From: Eledone cirrhosa
Taxonomy: Eukaryota
DNA length: 64,000 nt
Assembly (NCBI GenBank): GCA_964016885.1
Contig: OZ024740.1
Location: forward strand, 215,388,001 to 215,452,000
Direction: 5' to 3'
Shown here: piece after piece, positions 15,721 through 27,929 of the stretch
Numbering within the stretch: position 1 is the stretch's first letter
How the letters are laid out: every line of letters starts with the position of its first letter
Program-made: the position numbers and the translations under genes
Notes under the pieces: model-generated
The model's database searches: none
The model's input: the letters and a program-made list of their open reading frames with translations, nothing else
Told to the model about the DNA's origin: nothing

Positions 15721-15966
15721 CTATTCTCAGCTAAGTTCCCAGGAAATGCGCGGACACTAGGAACCCATATAAAAATAATAATTCAGTGGATGGAAAAAAG
15801 CGAGCGGGGACTAGATTCCAGGGCACTGAAAAAATTCACTGCCTACTTGGTCAGTGGCAAATTCTAAAGAATCAATCACGTGACACTGGGGTTAATCAGT
15901 GAGTATTATTATTTTTATATGGGTTCCTAGTGTCCGCGCATTGCCTGGGAACTTAGCTGAGAATAG

Positions 15967-16048
15967 ACTCCCTGATGACGTAAGGATTTCTCTATAGTTG
16001 CGTTGCGTAACTATATTTATTCCTTTACAGAAACTAATTAGTTGGAGT
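15967..16048 (+). ncRNA. Type I hammerhead ribozyme
   Basis: actcc-CTGATGA-cgtaagga..(internal hairpin tatagttgcg/cgtaactata)..tcctttaca-GAAA-ctaattagtt-ggagt; predicted cleavage after 16043. Confidence 0.88.
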
Positions 16049-16498
16049 GAACATTTTAGTAAGTAAGTTAATTTTTAAATTTTCTTACTTTACGTTTTTC
16101 ATATAATTGTTCTGCATCCCCTTGCATAGAACCACAAAGGTACTAAGACATAGCATATATATTTGCTAGCATGGGTATACATCTGTATGCATATGTTGGT
16201 AGATATACTAATTCTCTACATTTATCTCCAAATTATTTGTTGAGCAAAACTTGCCGAAATTTACTGCTATGGTTCATGGTAGTAGTTAGGCTCTTGTCTT
16301 ATCACCACTCCACTCCTCACTGATTAACCTCAGTGTCACGTGATTGATTCTTTAGAATTTTCCACTGACCAAGTAGGCAGTGAAAATTTTCAGTGCCCTG
16401 GAATCTAGTCCCCGCTCGCTTTTTTCCATCCACTGAATTATTATTTTTATATGGGTTCCTAGTGTCCGCGCATTGCCTGGGAACTTAGCTGAGAATAG

Positions 16499-16580
16499 AC
16501 TCCCTGATGACGTAAGGATTTCTCTATAGTTGCGTGGCGTAACTATATTTATTCCCTTACAGAAACTAATTAGTTGGAGT
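16499..16580 (+). ncRNA. Type I hammerhead ribozyme
   Basis: Same architecture: stem I actcc/ggagt, palindromic stem III ACTAATTAGT; predicted cleavage after 16575. Confidence 0.9.
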
Positions 16581-16760
16581 GAAAATTTTAGTAAGTTAAT
16601 TTTAAAATTTTCTTATTTTACGTCTTTCATATAATTGTTCTGCATCCCCTTGCATAGAACCACAAAGGTACTAAGACATAACATATATATTTTCTAGCAT
16701 GGGTATACATCTGTATACATATGTTGGTAGATATACTAATTCTTCTCTCTCTCTCTCTCT

Positions 16761-16937
<177 letters not shown>

Positions 16938-16938
16938 C

Positions 16939-16993
<55 letters not shown>

Positions 16994-17088
16994 AAAAATA
17001 CTTTTTCCTATTTCCCACTCTACTACCCTAAGTATTGAGTACTCTGGTGCGTTATGGTCGATCTTGTTCCTTACCACAATTCCTTTGT

Positions 17089-17139
<51 letters not shown>

Positions 17140-17143
<4 letters not shown>

Positions 17144-17345
17144 CATTTTTATTTTTATTTCTATTTTCCCGCTCTTTCATGTTCTTCCTGTTAACTTCCC
17201 TTCTTACAACCCTCCTCACTCCCTCTCTGAGTTCTTCCCTACTTTCCCGATGAAGGACCTATGTCCGAAATGTATTCCCCCACTCCCACCAAGCGTGAAG
17301 CTAATAACACTATGTACCATTGATTCTTGCGTTTGTTTGTTTGAT
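17140..17345 (+). mobile_element. pLTR-like fragment with degenerate HHR
   Basis: CCGATGA-aggacctatgtcc-GAAA-tgtatt at 17247-17276; the downstream ccaagcgtga..ctaat is shared with the element at 44142-44330. Confidence 0.5.
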
Positions 17346-17407
17346 ATATATATATGGTCTCCCCCTCGACATCATCAATGATGTTCAAGGGAAATGCAAA
17401 TGGCCGA

Positions 17408-17545
17408 TCCAGCTTGGTACCAGTGACGTCGCAACTAGTTTCTACAGCCGAGTAAACTGCAGCAACGTGAAATAAAGTCTCTGTCCGGGATGGAATTCAC
17501 CACCTCACGATTATGAATCCAATACTCTAACCACTAAGGTTATGG
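17408..17545 (-). mobile_element. tRNA-derived SINE fragment
   Basis: The - strand head cttagtggttagagtattggattcataatcgtgaggtggtgaattccatcccgg has A/B-box-like motifs. Confidence 0.6.
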
Positions 17546-17764
17546 GTGCATGTACATATGTTAGTGTATATGTGTATATACATGAGTGTATATACATGAG
17601 TGTATATACATGAGTGTATATACATGAGTGTATATACATGAGTGTATATACATGAGTGTATATAAATATGTTTCAGCGACGACAACGACGGTAACAACAA
17701 CATAACAAAAAAAAAATAACAACAATAATTACAATAATTGCAATGACAATTAAAAGGATATGAT

Positions 17765-18015
17765 CGTGAATCCAAGCGGTCGAAATGGGGTTCTTCCGAA
17801 GGGTCTTTGGAGCAATGTTACTCAATAGAGTGTGTAACTCGGAGATCAGGGAGTCACTCCAGGTAGAGCCACTACTTTTCTGAATTGAGAGATCAAAGCT
17901 CTGATACTATGGATATGTGGTTAGAATGTCTCAGGAAAGAATCACTGGACAGATTTTACAGGCAAAACCACCACAGGAGACCCATGAGTAGACCCCCCCG
18001 AACAAGATGGTTGAA
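17765..18015 (+). pseudogene. RTE-clade LINE ORF C-terminal fragment
   Basis: Manual translation RIQAVEMGFFRRVFGAMLLNRVCNSEIRESLQVEPLLF*IERSKL*YYGYVVRMSQERITGQIL, typical of the RTE C-terminus. Confidence 0.8.
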
Positions 18016-18039
18016 TGTGTGTGTGTCGGAGTGGTATTT

Positions 18040-19150
18040 GTAGTAGTGTTGTAGCAGTAATGATAGTAGTGGCTGTGGTAGTAGTGTATGTGGTAGTATT
18101 TGTGGTGTTGGCTGTGGTAGTGGCTGCAGTAGTGGATATGGTAGTAGTGGCTGTGGTAGTAGTTGTGGTAGTAGCTGTAGCAGTAATGGTAGTAGTGGTT
18201 GTGGTAGTAGTGGCTGTAGTAGTATTGGTTGTGGTAGTAGTGGCTGTAGTAGTATTGGTTGTGGTAGTAGTGTGTGTGGTAGTAGTTGTGTTATTGGCTG
18301 TGGTAGTGGCTGTAACAGTAATGGTAGTAGTGGTTGTGGTAGTAGTGGCTGTAGTAGTATTGGTTGTGGTAGTAGTGTGTGTGGTAGTAGTTGTGTTATT
18401 GGCTGTGGTAGTGGCTGTAACAGTAATGGTAGTAGTGGTTGTGGTAGTAGTGGCTGTAGTAGTATTGGTTGTGGTAGTAGTGTGTGTGGTAGTAGTTGTG
18501 TTATTGGCTGTGGTAGTGGCTGTAACAGTAATGCTAGTAGTGGTTGTGGTAGTAGTGGCTGTAGTAGTATTGGTTGTGGTAGTAGTGTGTGTGGTAGTAG
18601 TTGTGTTATTGGCTGTGGTAGTGGCTGTAACAGTAATGGTAGTAGTGGTTGTGGTAGTAGTGGCTGTAGTAGTATTGGTTGTGGTAGTAGTGTGTGTGGT
18701 AGTAGTTGTGTTATTGGCTGTGGTAGTGGCTGTAACAGTAATGGTAGTAGTGGTTGTGGTAGTAGTGGCTGTAGTAGTATTGGTTGTGGTAGTAGTGTGT
18801 GTGGTAGTAGTTGTGTTATTGGCTGTGGTAGTGGCTGTAACAGTAATGGTAGTAGTGGTTGTGGTAGTAGTGGCTGTAGTAGTATTGGTTGTGGTAGTAG
18901 TGTGTGTGGTAGTAGTTGTGTTATTGGCTGTGGTAGTGGCTGTAACAGTAATGCTAGTAGTGGTTGTGGTAGTAGTGGCTGTAGTAGTATTGGTTGTGGT
19001 AGTAGTGTGTGTGGTAGTAGTTGTGTTATTGGCTGTGGTAGTGGCTGTAACAGTAATGCTAGTAGTGGTTGTGGTAGTAGCTATAGTAGTGGCTGTGGTA
19101 GTGGATATTGTAGTGGTAGCTGTGGTAGTGGTTGTGGTAGTAGTTGCAGT
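18040..19150. repeat. 105-bp minisatellite built from GTA/GTG triplets
   Basis: Marker gtaacagtaatg at 18312, 18417 and onward; about 8 near-identical units. Confidence 0.92.
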
Positions 19151-19341
19151 AGGTGATGCAGTATATGTTGTTTGAGGAGGCTGTGATGGAGAAATTAGTT
19201 ATGATGTAAACGACAATGTTATTGTACTGGTGTTTATGATGATGATGATGATGGTGGTGATGGTGGTGATGGTGGTGGTGTTGGTGGTGGTGGAGGTGGT
19301 GGTGTTGGTGATGGTGGTGATGATAGTGGTAGTGGTGGTGA

Positions 19342-19375
<34 letters not shown>

Positions 19376-19524
19376 GGTGGCGGTGTGGTAATGATGATGG
19401 TGGTGGTGGTGGTGGGGTGGGGGTGGGGGGTGATGAAGATAATGATGGCGTTGGTGGTGGTGGTGGTGGTGGTGGTGGTGGTGGTGGTGGTGATGGTGTT
19501 GTTGGTGGTGGTGGTTATGATGAT

Positions 19525-20145
19525 TGCGATGATGATGATGTGTAGAGTGGTGAAGAGAGAGAGGAGGGGTTAGAGAGATGGAGAGACGTGGGCGGGGAGG
19601 TGAAGAGAGAGAGAGGGGGAGAGAGAGAGGTGGGGGCGATGATGATGATGTGTAGAGTGGTGAAGAGAGAGAGGAGGGGTTAGAGAGATGGAGAGACGTG
19701 GGCGGGGAGGTGAAGAGAGAGAGAGGGGGAGAGAGAGAGGTGGGGGCGATGATGATGATGTGTAGAGTGGTGAAGAGAGAGAGGGGGGATAGAGAGGTGG
19801 AGAGACGTGGGCGAGGAGTGAAGAGAGAGAGGGGGGAGATGGGGAGAGATGGGGGCGATGATGATGATGTGTAGAGTGGTAGAGAGATGGGGAGAGAGGG
19901 AGCGAGAGAGAGAGGTGGGGTCGATTATGATGATGTGTAGAGTGGTGGATAGAGAGAGATGGGGAGAGAGGTGGAGAGAGAGAGAGAGAGGGAGAGAGAG
20001 GTGGAGAGAGAGAGAGGGAGAGAGAGAGAGATAGAGAGAGATAGAGATAGAGAGAGAGAGGGAGAGAGAGAGGTGGGGTCGATGATGATGATGTGTAGAG
20101 TGGTGGACAGAGAGAGATGGGGAGAGAGGTGGAGAGAGAGAGAGG

Positions 20146-20235
<90 letters not shown>

Positions 20236-20318
20236 GCGATGATGATGATGTGTAGAGTGGTGGAATGAGAGAGATGAGGAGAGAGGTGGAGAGAGAGAGA
20301 GAGAGGGAGAGAGAGAGA

Positions 20319-20381
<63 letters not shown>

Positions 20382-20495
20382 TGATTATAATGATTGCGAT
20401 TGCGATGATGATGATGTGTAGAGTCGTGAAGAGAGAGAGGAGAGAGAGAGAGAGGAGAGGTGGAGAGAGAGGAAGAGAGAGAGAGAGGTGGGGTG
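19525..20495. repeat. Composite GA-rich tandem repeat anchored by gcgatgatgatgatgtgtagagtgg
   Basis: Units of ~110 bp at first, with (GA)n lengthening in later units. Confidence 0.85.
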
Positions 20496-20730
20496 AACCA
20501 GCAATATCCGACCTAGTCTGCCAATTCCACTAAAATGTTGTTTGTTGGGAAATACAAACAGGAAACTGTCAGACTGACCAAGGAAAGTAAACATTTACCT
20601 TGGATACACTATATAGACGTTATACATAACACATACAGGTACACACGTACATACACTCACTCACATATACAGACAGACAGGCACACACACACATACAAGC
20701 AGTACATACATATTCTTACGTACACACATA

Positions 20731-20810
<80 letters not shown>

Positions 20811-20821
20811 CATACATATAT

Positions 20822-20856
<35 letters not shown>

Positions 20857-20867
20857 CATACATATAT

Positions 20868-20928
<61 letters not shown>

Positions 20929-21002
20929 TATATATACACACACACACACACATATATATATAAACAAAGCGGTTTAAGAAGCATTGGGAGATGTATATAT
21001 AA

Positions 21003-21035
<33 letters not shown>

Positions 21036-21146
21036 AACAAGGTGGTTTACTTAAGAATCTTTGTGTTTTGAAACGCAAATGTCCAACATAGTCAATCACT
21101 ATAAATAATAGTTTAATAACGTAACCTTAGAGGCGCAAGTGAACAG

Positions 21147-21220
21147 AGGCACCTGGGAGGAATCGAACCCGGTTTCTTTGACATGTCGGGTGAGTGCGTT
21201 AACTGTTATGCTAAAGTGCC
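21147..21220 (-). pseudogene. tRNA-like SINE head or tRNA pseudogene
   Basis: ggcactttagcataacagttaacgca...ccgggttcgattcctcccaggtgcc: acceptor-stem pairing and A/B boxes are present, but the anticodon and T arms pair poorly. Confidence 0.6.
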
Positions 21221-22572
21221 GCTAGTTGCAAGTTCCATATTTTTAGAACATTTTAACCCTCCACCTAGAAATGTAAGCAAAGTTGTTGACTTAAGAAGCA
21301 TTGGAGAAATTTGAAATTTGAAATGTGTTCCGAGACAATCCATTTCGTATCTGGGCTAAGTTGCTAGAGTATGTTGAGAATTACTTTCTGTCATGAGTGA
21401 AACAAAAACAAAAACAAAAACATGAGGATTTATTTGACACTTCGAAACAATAATTTATTTTTGATGAATAAAATATTAGTTCGGTGTGGAAAATTATGTA
21501 TGGTTACTGCATATATATATAGATTTGAATCCAACCACCAACAACATAGCTGGATGACCGATAATCACACCAAACCGGAGTACTGTGATCCTTGTGACTT
21601 CCAAATATACAACCAATGACACTGTCACGAAGACCAGGAAACCATACTCCATATATTGAACCAATTGATTGATTTGTGCGAACAAAATAACACCTAACAC
21701 ATATTGAACTAGGAATATTGGATCCTCGGTCAATGTCCGGGTGAGCAAAAATTGACTTATATCTGCATTGGAATTTACAAACTTGTGCATCTGCTGTGGT
21801 GTCAAAAACAAACGCACATGACCGCACAGATAAACAATGGACCATGCCACGTGGCTTGAACCCGTAAGTGAATTGAAGGTTCTGCAACTCTGATACACAT
21901 ATGGTTTATTATTTATTATTAAGATGTATAAACTGGACACAACTGTTATCATCCTATATTCTCTCAACGAATCACACTTGATCATATTTCTCTATCCTGT
22001 TTTCTCCCCCCATAATTATTATATTTTTATTATTTTTTATTATTGTTTGAAAAAAATCGGTTTTTTTACATTGTGTTTTCCCCTCCAAATATTCGCTTAT
22101 ATTTCCTTATATATTCTCTATATATTTTTTATCTTTAGTATTATTTCCACTTTTATCCTCCTTTATATTTTACCTTATTCTGACCTTTACACCTTATTAT
22201 AGTGTAATCTTCCCCATGCCTTATTATACACTATTAATTATAGATTATTATTATTACGCTTTTTCCATTTCTAATTACCTCATGTACCTTCTCCTCTGCT
22301 ATATGTATATATGTATTCTACGCCCTTTGTGTTTGTGTAGCCTCTGCGCACCCTCTGCACCATACTACCCACGCCACCCCATCTATGGTTCAGCTAACCA
22401 CCCGACCCCCGGGAATGAATATGACCGCAGCTAGTAAACAAGGACCAACACCCCACCCTCCCGCACCAAAATTAGACTTATCGTCCCTTACTTTTGCTCT
22501 TTACTCTCTCTACCCTTTGTTCTTGGGTGTTTGGTTGGTAGAGTCCATAACACCAATCAAACCCCTTTTATA

Positions 22573-22619
22573 GCTCTGATGAATTCTACGGTTACACGTA
22601 AGGAAGAAACATTGTTAGC
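22573..22619 (+). ncRNA. Type I hammerhead ribozyme at the end of a PLE-like 3' UTR (~21900-22665)
   Basis: gct-CTGATGA-attctacggttacacgtaaggaa-GAAA-cattgtt-agc, then AATAAA at 22621 and (TA)n. Confidence 0.75.
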
Positions 22620-22905
22620 CAATAAAACTCTTTTGATGTTGTAGACGCTCTTGTGTTCTTTTTCATATATATATATATATATATATATATTTCGTTTCTG
22701 AATTTGTTTAGCAAGATTCTTTATCTGAAAACGTGTGTTGAAACCGATATTGTTATACTTTGGGAGGGTCATGTTGCCAATAAGAAACACACGCACCAGT
22801 TGCTTTCACTTCAATTTATTATAATAAAGTATAACAATATATATATATATATGTATATAAGGGAAAGAAATGCAACTGGAGTCTTTTAAAAATATTTATA
22901 TATTT

Positions 22906-22943
22906 ACTTTACCGGTTTCACAGTTCTTACGATTTTCAAAAGT
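22906..22943 (-). ncRNA. Hammerhead variant with U3/A8 core
   Basis: actt-TTGAAAA-tcgtaagaactgt-GAAA-ccggta-aagt; same family as 48747-48782. Confidence 0.55.
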
Positions 22944-23189
22944 AAAATTAAGATGAAGAGTTTGTTTTTGTTGTGGTTTGTCTCGCACAAAACAGTTTAC
23001 ATAAGAATAATTGGGAAATTTTACCATATATATATTAATTATTACGAGCCAGACGTTTAGCTTTGCCTAGCTTCCCCGCAATCCGCCCACTCAATGAATT
23101 TACAGAAATCGCATGCTGTAAATACGAATCTGTAAGTCAGAGTGGACACTATTCCTTAAACAGTGGATAAACGGCTTAATGTGGCGGTG

Positions 23190-23240
<51 letters not shown>

Positions 23241-23718
23241 TACATACACATACATACAGACATACATATATACATACATACATACATACATATATACATG
23301 CATATACAGATATATATATATAAAGTGGTAATAGTTTTGTAAAGATATCCAAGGTACAGAGCAACTACTACATATACACAAACATATATACATGCACACA
23401 CATACATATACACAATCACACGTCGAAAAACTACGCACACATACGCAAACAAACATAAACACATACAAATATATATACAGATTCGGGCATCCAAGCATAA
23501 TTCTAATATACTAAAAACCAGTTTACTTCCGGGCCGAAACGAAGACGACCTTATTCATAATTCATAAGGTACTGCGGTGTGTGGGTGTGTGTGTGTGGGT
23601 GGGTGGGGGGTGAACCCTCACTATTATAATTCCACCTGTTGTATTAATTGCATACGAAATGACACCGTGTACTCTTTATTCCACCTTCACTTCAATAGAC
23701 CTTAAGATGAGAACTATG

Positions 23719-23770
23719 TACAGGGTGGTCCGAAAGTCTTGTCACCCCTTGTCACATATGGTTTTAACTT
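23719..23770 (+). mobile_element. Tc1/mariner 5' TIR remnant
   Basis: TA-cagggtggtccgaaagtc, interrupted by a SINE and the LINE. Confidence 0.5.
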
Positions 23771-23771
23771 T

Positions 23772-24266
23772 CGGTGGATTGGCAGTATCGGTAGAGAGTC
23801 GGACGCCATGCTTTCCAGTATAGTTACGTCCCTTTACGATCTGAGTTCAAATCCCACCGAGGTTAACTTTGCCTTTCATCCTTACGGGGTCGATAAAATA
23901 AAGTACCAGTAATGCACTGGGTAATTGCTGGCCTTGTGCCTAAAGTAGAAACAATTATTTATTGTTTTAATAATATAATATATTTAATATCATTAATTAT
24001 AATATATAATAATTGTTTCTACTTTAGGCACAAGGCCAGAAATTACCCAGTGCATTACTGGTACTTTATTTTATCGACCCCGTAAGGATGAAAGGCAATG
24101 GCACAAGGCCAATAATTACCCAGTGTATTACTGGTACTTGATTTTATCGACCCTATAAGGATGAAAAACAAAGTTAACCTCGGCGAGATTTGAACTCAGA
24201 ATGGCAAGGGCCGTAACTCTATGCGTCAAAGCATGGCGTCCGACCCTCTACCGATACTGCCAATCT
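23772..24266. mobile_element. Cluster of tRNA-derived SINEs (one +, two -)
   Basis: ggtggattggcagtatcggtagag...gagttcaaatccc..gcctttcatccttacggggtcgataaaataaagtaccag...agaaacaatt, ~190 bp. Confidence 0.88.
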
Positions 24267-24552
24267 AGTAATAATGATTTCATTTATTGGCCACAACGGC
24301 CGACATGTAGGGTACAATACAAAGACAGGGACAGTGGGGGTTTACAATAAGGTCGAGTAAAAGTGCACAATGGCAAGACTAATTTAACAATGAAGATATA
24401 AAAAATATAAAATAAACTATGCCTAAATATAACAATAAATTCCCCTAAGGGGGTGGACGACCCAGGGGTGACTCTGGTACCCCACCAATCCAGAACAACC
24501 CTACGCGTCTAGGGCACCCAGGGAGTGCACCCTTCTCCTCAAATTAGTTAGC

Positions 24553-27500
24553 CTATAGGCGCATAGTCAGAGTAGGCCCATTCACACGGGCCATTCTCGC
24601 CACATTCATCCACCTTTTAGCAAATGTATTGGGGGGGGGGGCAGCACTTCTCTCTCCACCCTCACCTTCCTTTCCAGGTGAAACTTGAAGAAGTTGATGA
24701 GGGATTGGCCGAAGAGAAAAGTGTCTGTCTTCAGTCCTTTCAACCTGGTCCACCATATAACCTCTTTCGCAACTGCCACCAAACAGAGGAAAATTGCCTG
24801 CTCTTCCTGACCAAAGGAAGGCGGCGGGTCGATCTTCACTATTGACTCGGCCGACAGTCGGATCCGTTCCACACGTGACAGTAGCTGTTCGACATAACCC
24901 CATAAGTCAGTAATGCACGGACATTGGACAAGTGCGTGCAGAACGGTTTCGTCGCTCTGTGCGCATCTTGAGCAGGTCCGTCTGACAGCACTTCCGTACC
25001 TGTAGAGTTTATCCCGAACCGGCAGTACCCCCCCCCCCCCGGTAGCACTGCCAAGCGAGGGATTTCTGGAAATTGTCCATCGTGCCCGGCTCGAAAGTCC
25101 CCCAGAACAGACTGGTCAGTTCGACTTCGTCGAGGCCCAAAGCTTCTCCGAGTGCGTCATCGTACTTGCCCAACACTAATCCTCTATAGAACTCGAGAGT
25201 GGAAGTTCCACTGATCGCATTGCCCGCTTGGTAGAGGGCAGTGATTGCCTGGCAACATTCCAGGTGCCAGTCACCCAGTCTCGGTCTCTTCTTGACCTAG
25301 GACTGCAACTCAGTCAAAGAAACGAGCTGCGGAAAGGCCCGTTTGATAAACGGCGACCACACCATTTCACCGTTTAGGCAGAGTATCTGGAGATGTTGCA
25401 GCCTCAGCGCATGTCTGCGCATCATTAGCCACGGCATGCACAGCCCTCCGCGTAGACGGTGCTGGCAGCAGATGGACCGCCTCACCAACAGAACTTGTCC
25501 TCTCCACAAGAATTTGAAGAGGGGCCGTTCCAACTTGACGAGGCGCGGATGGGGGAAAGGCATGACGGCCAGGCGGCAGTAGATGACGGATGCGATGTAC
25601 GCATTCGCCACCTCCGCGCGACCTTTCAATGATAGCTTCCTCCCAGCCCATTTTTGGGTGAGACTGGCTACCCTGCTCGTTACCTCGTCCCAATTATTTT
25701 TCCGGGCTCCTGTCAACCTTTCATATTCCTTCAATAAGGTGCCGACCAGATCGATTTTTAAGGTGTCCGACACCAACTCGGTGATGTCGTCCGCATAAGC
25801 CGACACCGCCTTTCCACGTCCTGTTTCGAGCGGGAAGCCCTGCAACAGCTCCAGCTTCCGCAGTAAAGGCTCGAGAGTCAATATGTACAGAGGGGAAAAG
25901 AGAGGGCACCCTTGACAGACCGATCGGGAGAGTCGAAATGGTTCCGCGAGGTGACCATTAACCTTGTCTACCGAGCATGTGCCGCTGTGCATTGCAGCGA
26001 TCCAGCTTCTGAAGACAGGGCCGAAGCCAGCTGCTTTGAGGACAAACTCCAGATACCGATGGTCGACCCTATCGAATGCTTTCGATTGATCAAAATTGAT
26101 CAGTGCCCTACCGAAGCCAGGTTTGCACCTACCCTGTCTATGATGTATCGCATGAGGTGGAGATTGTCGTGTGTTGACCTGGCTGGGATTGCATAAGTTT
26201 GCGCCTCCCCAACCAAATCCTCGACGACAAGCGCCAATCTTTTTGCTAACACCTTGGCTAAAATCTTAAACTCTGTATTGAGCAGAGTTATGGGCCTGAA
26301 GTTGTCTAATGTATCCCTCTTGTTCTCGTCTTTCCTTATCAGCGTCACCTCTCCCCTGCTCACAGAACTGGGAATACTCCCATTCTGCTGCCAGTAGAGT
26401 GCTTCGAGGAGATCGGAGAAGAAGTCTGGCATATTTACGTAAAGCTCGTTGGACAGGCCATCCAAACCGGGTGACTTGCGCCTCATGCAGCCGACAACTT
26501 TCGGCTGAAGTAATCGGCCTTTCGCACGCTCAGGGTCGACCGTCGAGATGCGCGACAAGCCGTCAAGGTAGGGACTGAAATCCGCTACTCTCTCTGACTC
26601 GCCACTCTCCCCGAACAACCGAGCAACGTGCTGGCGAAAGGTCTCACACATCCGTTTGGAATCGCTCAGCTCGTGTCCGTCTCGGTCCGCCAAAGACCGA
26701 ATTGTGGTTTTATTACCATGCTGCGCCTCCGCCACGCGGGCCCATCGAACAGCTTTGGTTCCCGTTTCTCAGCGCACGCGTCTTAGCTCTGACAATGCAA
26801 ACCTTCGTGTTTCGCATTGAAGAAATGGTTTAATGCCATTCTCACCGCTAGCACGTCAGTTGCAATGCCACTACAAATAGCCTCGTCTAACTTATCTACC
26901 AGCTCTCCCTCCTTTCTATTTTTCTCTAACGCTAGTTCTTTGCTGAACTCTATCGAAGTTACTCTAATCTCTCTTTTGAGACCCCCCCCCCCCCACCATC
27001 TGGTGTTGATCCCCACTGTCAACTTTTGCTTAACTAAATTGTTGACTCGGTCCCTGTAAGCCTTACGTGCCGGAAATGACATATTCAGCTTCCAGTAACC
27101 CGGCCTCACCAAACTACGCGTTTTATCTAGGTCGACTAAACAGATCACAAATTTGTGATCTGAATAGGCGACCGTTTTAAAAATTGGGCAGCCTCACTAT
27201 TTCTATCTATTTTCCTAATGAAGATACTGTCTATATACGATCTAGATGACCCTATGCAGTTGGTCCACGTCCACACTGGCGCATTGGGGAAATCTAGTCG
27301 ATACCTGTCTGACAGTTGGAACTGGCTGATTAGGTGTTTGAGGCTTTTGCACCCCCCGCTCCTATCAGACTCCTCCCACACAATCCCAGCGTGCGTCTAA
27401 GATGCGTTCCAGTCCCTCTCTAACAGTAGAGGGCGAGACGTACCCAGAAAGGTATCCAGGCGCCTAAAGAAGTCCGGTCGTCGGGCCCCAGTAGGGGCGT

Positions 27501-27834
27501 AGACGGCCAGAAGTCTAAAGGCACCACCTTCGCTACTGCTCACATCGAGGACCACCAAATTACCGTCCGGGTCTCGGAAGATTGACCTTACCTCGAGATC
27601 CAGACCTTTCCTAAACAGCACTGCCACCCCACATCCCATTCCCGGCCTTCTAACAGATGCAAAGATCTGATAGTCGTCGAAAATGTGGGATAGTGCGCGC
27701 GTGTCGGAAATCCTGGTCTCGCTGACGGCAATCACATCCATTTCCAGAGACCTCAGGTCGTTGAGCAGGCGACTCTGCTTCCAGGGTGACCCCAGGCCGC
27801 GAACATTTAAACTTCCTACTCTTAATATGGCCAT
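24553..27834 (-). pseudogene. LINE ORF2: APE endonuclease, reverse transcriptase, C-terminal zinc knuckle
   Basis: GSLNVRGL..VSET, VYAP, WTW..SYID, KSPGLDG, NFRPITLLNTEFKILAK, QGCPL.P, AYADD, LSLKGR, spread over several frames. Confidence 0.93.
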
Positions 27835-27929
27835 GTTGGCAAGCTAAAAGAGAGAGGGAAAGTTTACTTAGCTCCAGGGGTCTTGTGAAGTGGTTCAACC
27901 TCCATGGTTGGGAACCCCTTTAAAAGTCT

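Larger units (their letters stand above)
15585..16742 (+). mobile_element. Retrozyme-like element: 532-nt head-to-tail unit with two HHRs plus a 5' inverted copy
   Basis: 15905-16215 repeats at 16437-16742 (period 532). 15585-15903 is the reverse complement of ~16316-16632. No long ORF; (TA)n flanks. Confidence 0.85.

Noticed and set aside
18272-19156. 294-aa Cys/Gly/Ser-rich ORF resembling keratin-associated proteins
   Set aside because: Translation of a 105-bp GTA/GTG minisatellite next to an RTE fragment. It has no ATG start, and another frame is equally open.
21147-21220. Functional tRNA gene
   Set aside because: Anticodon and T arms do not pair properly; better read as a SINE head or pseudogene.
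21422-21920. Coding-looking stretch (HCHEDQETILHIL)
   Set aside because: It may be a decayed LINE zinc-knuckle region, but multiple stops and too few motifs prevent assignment.
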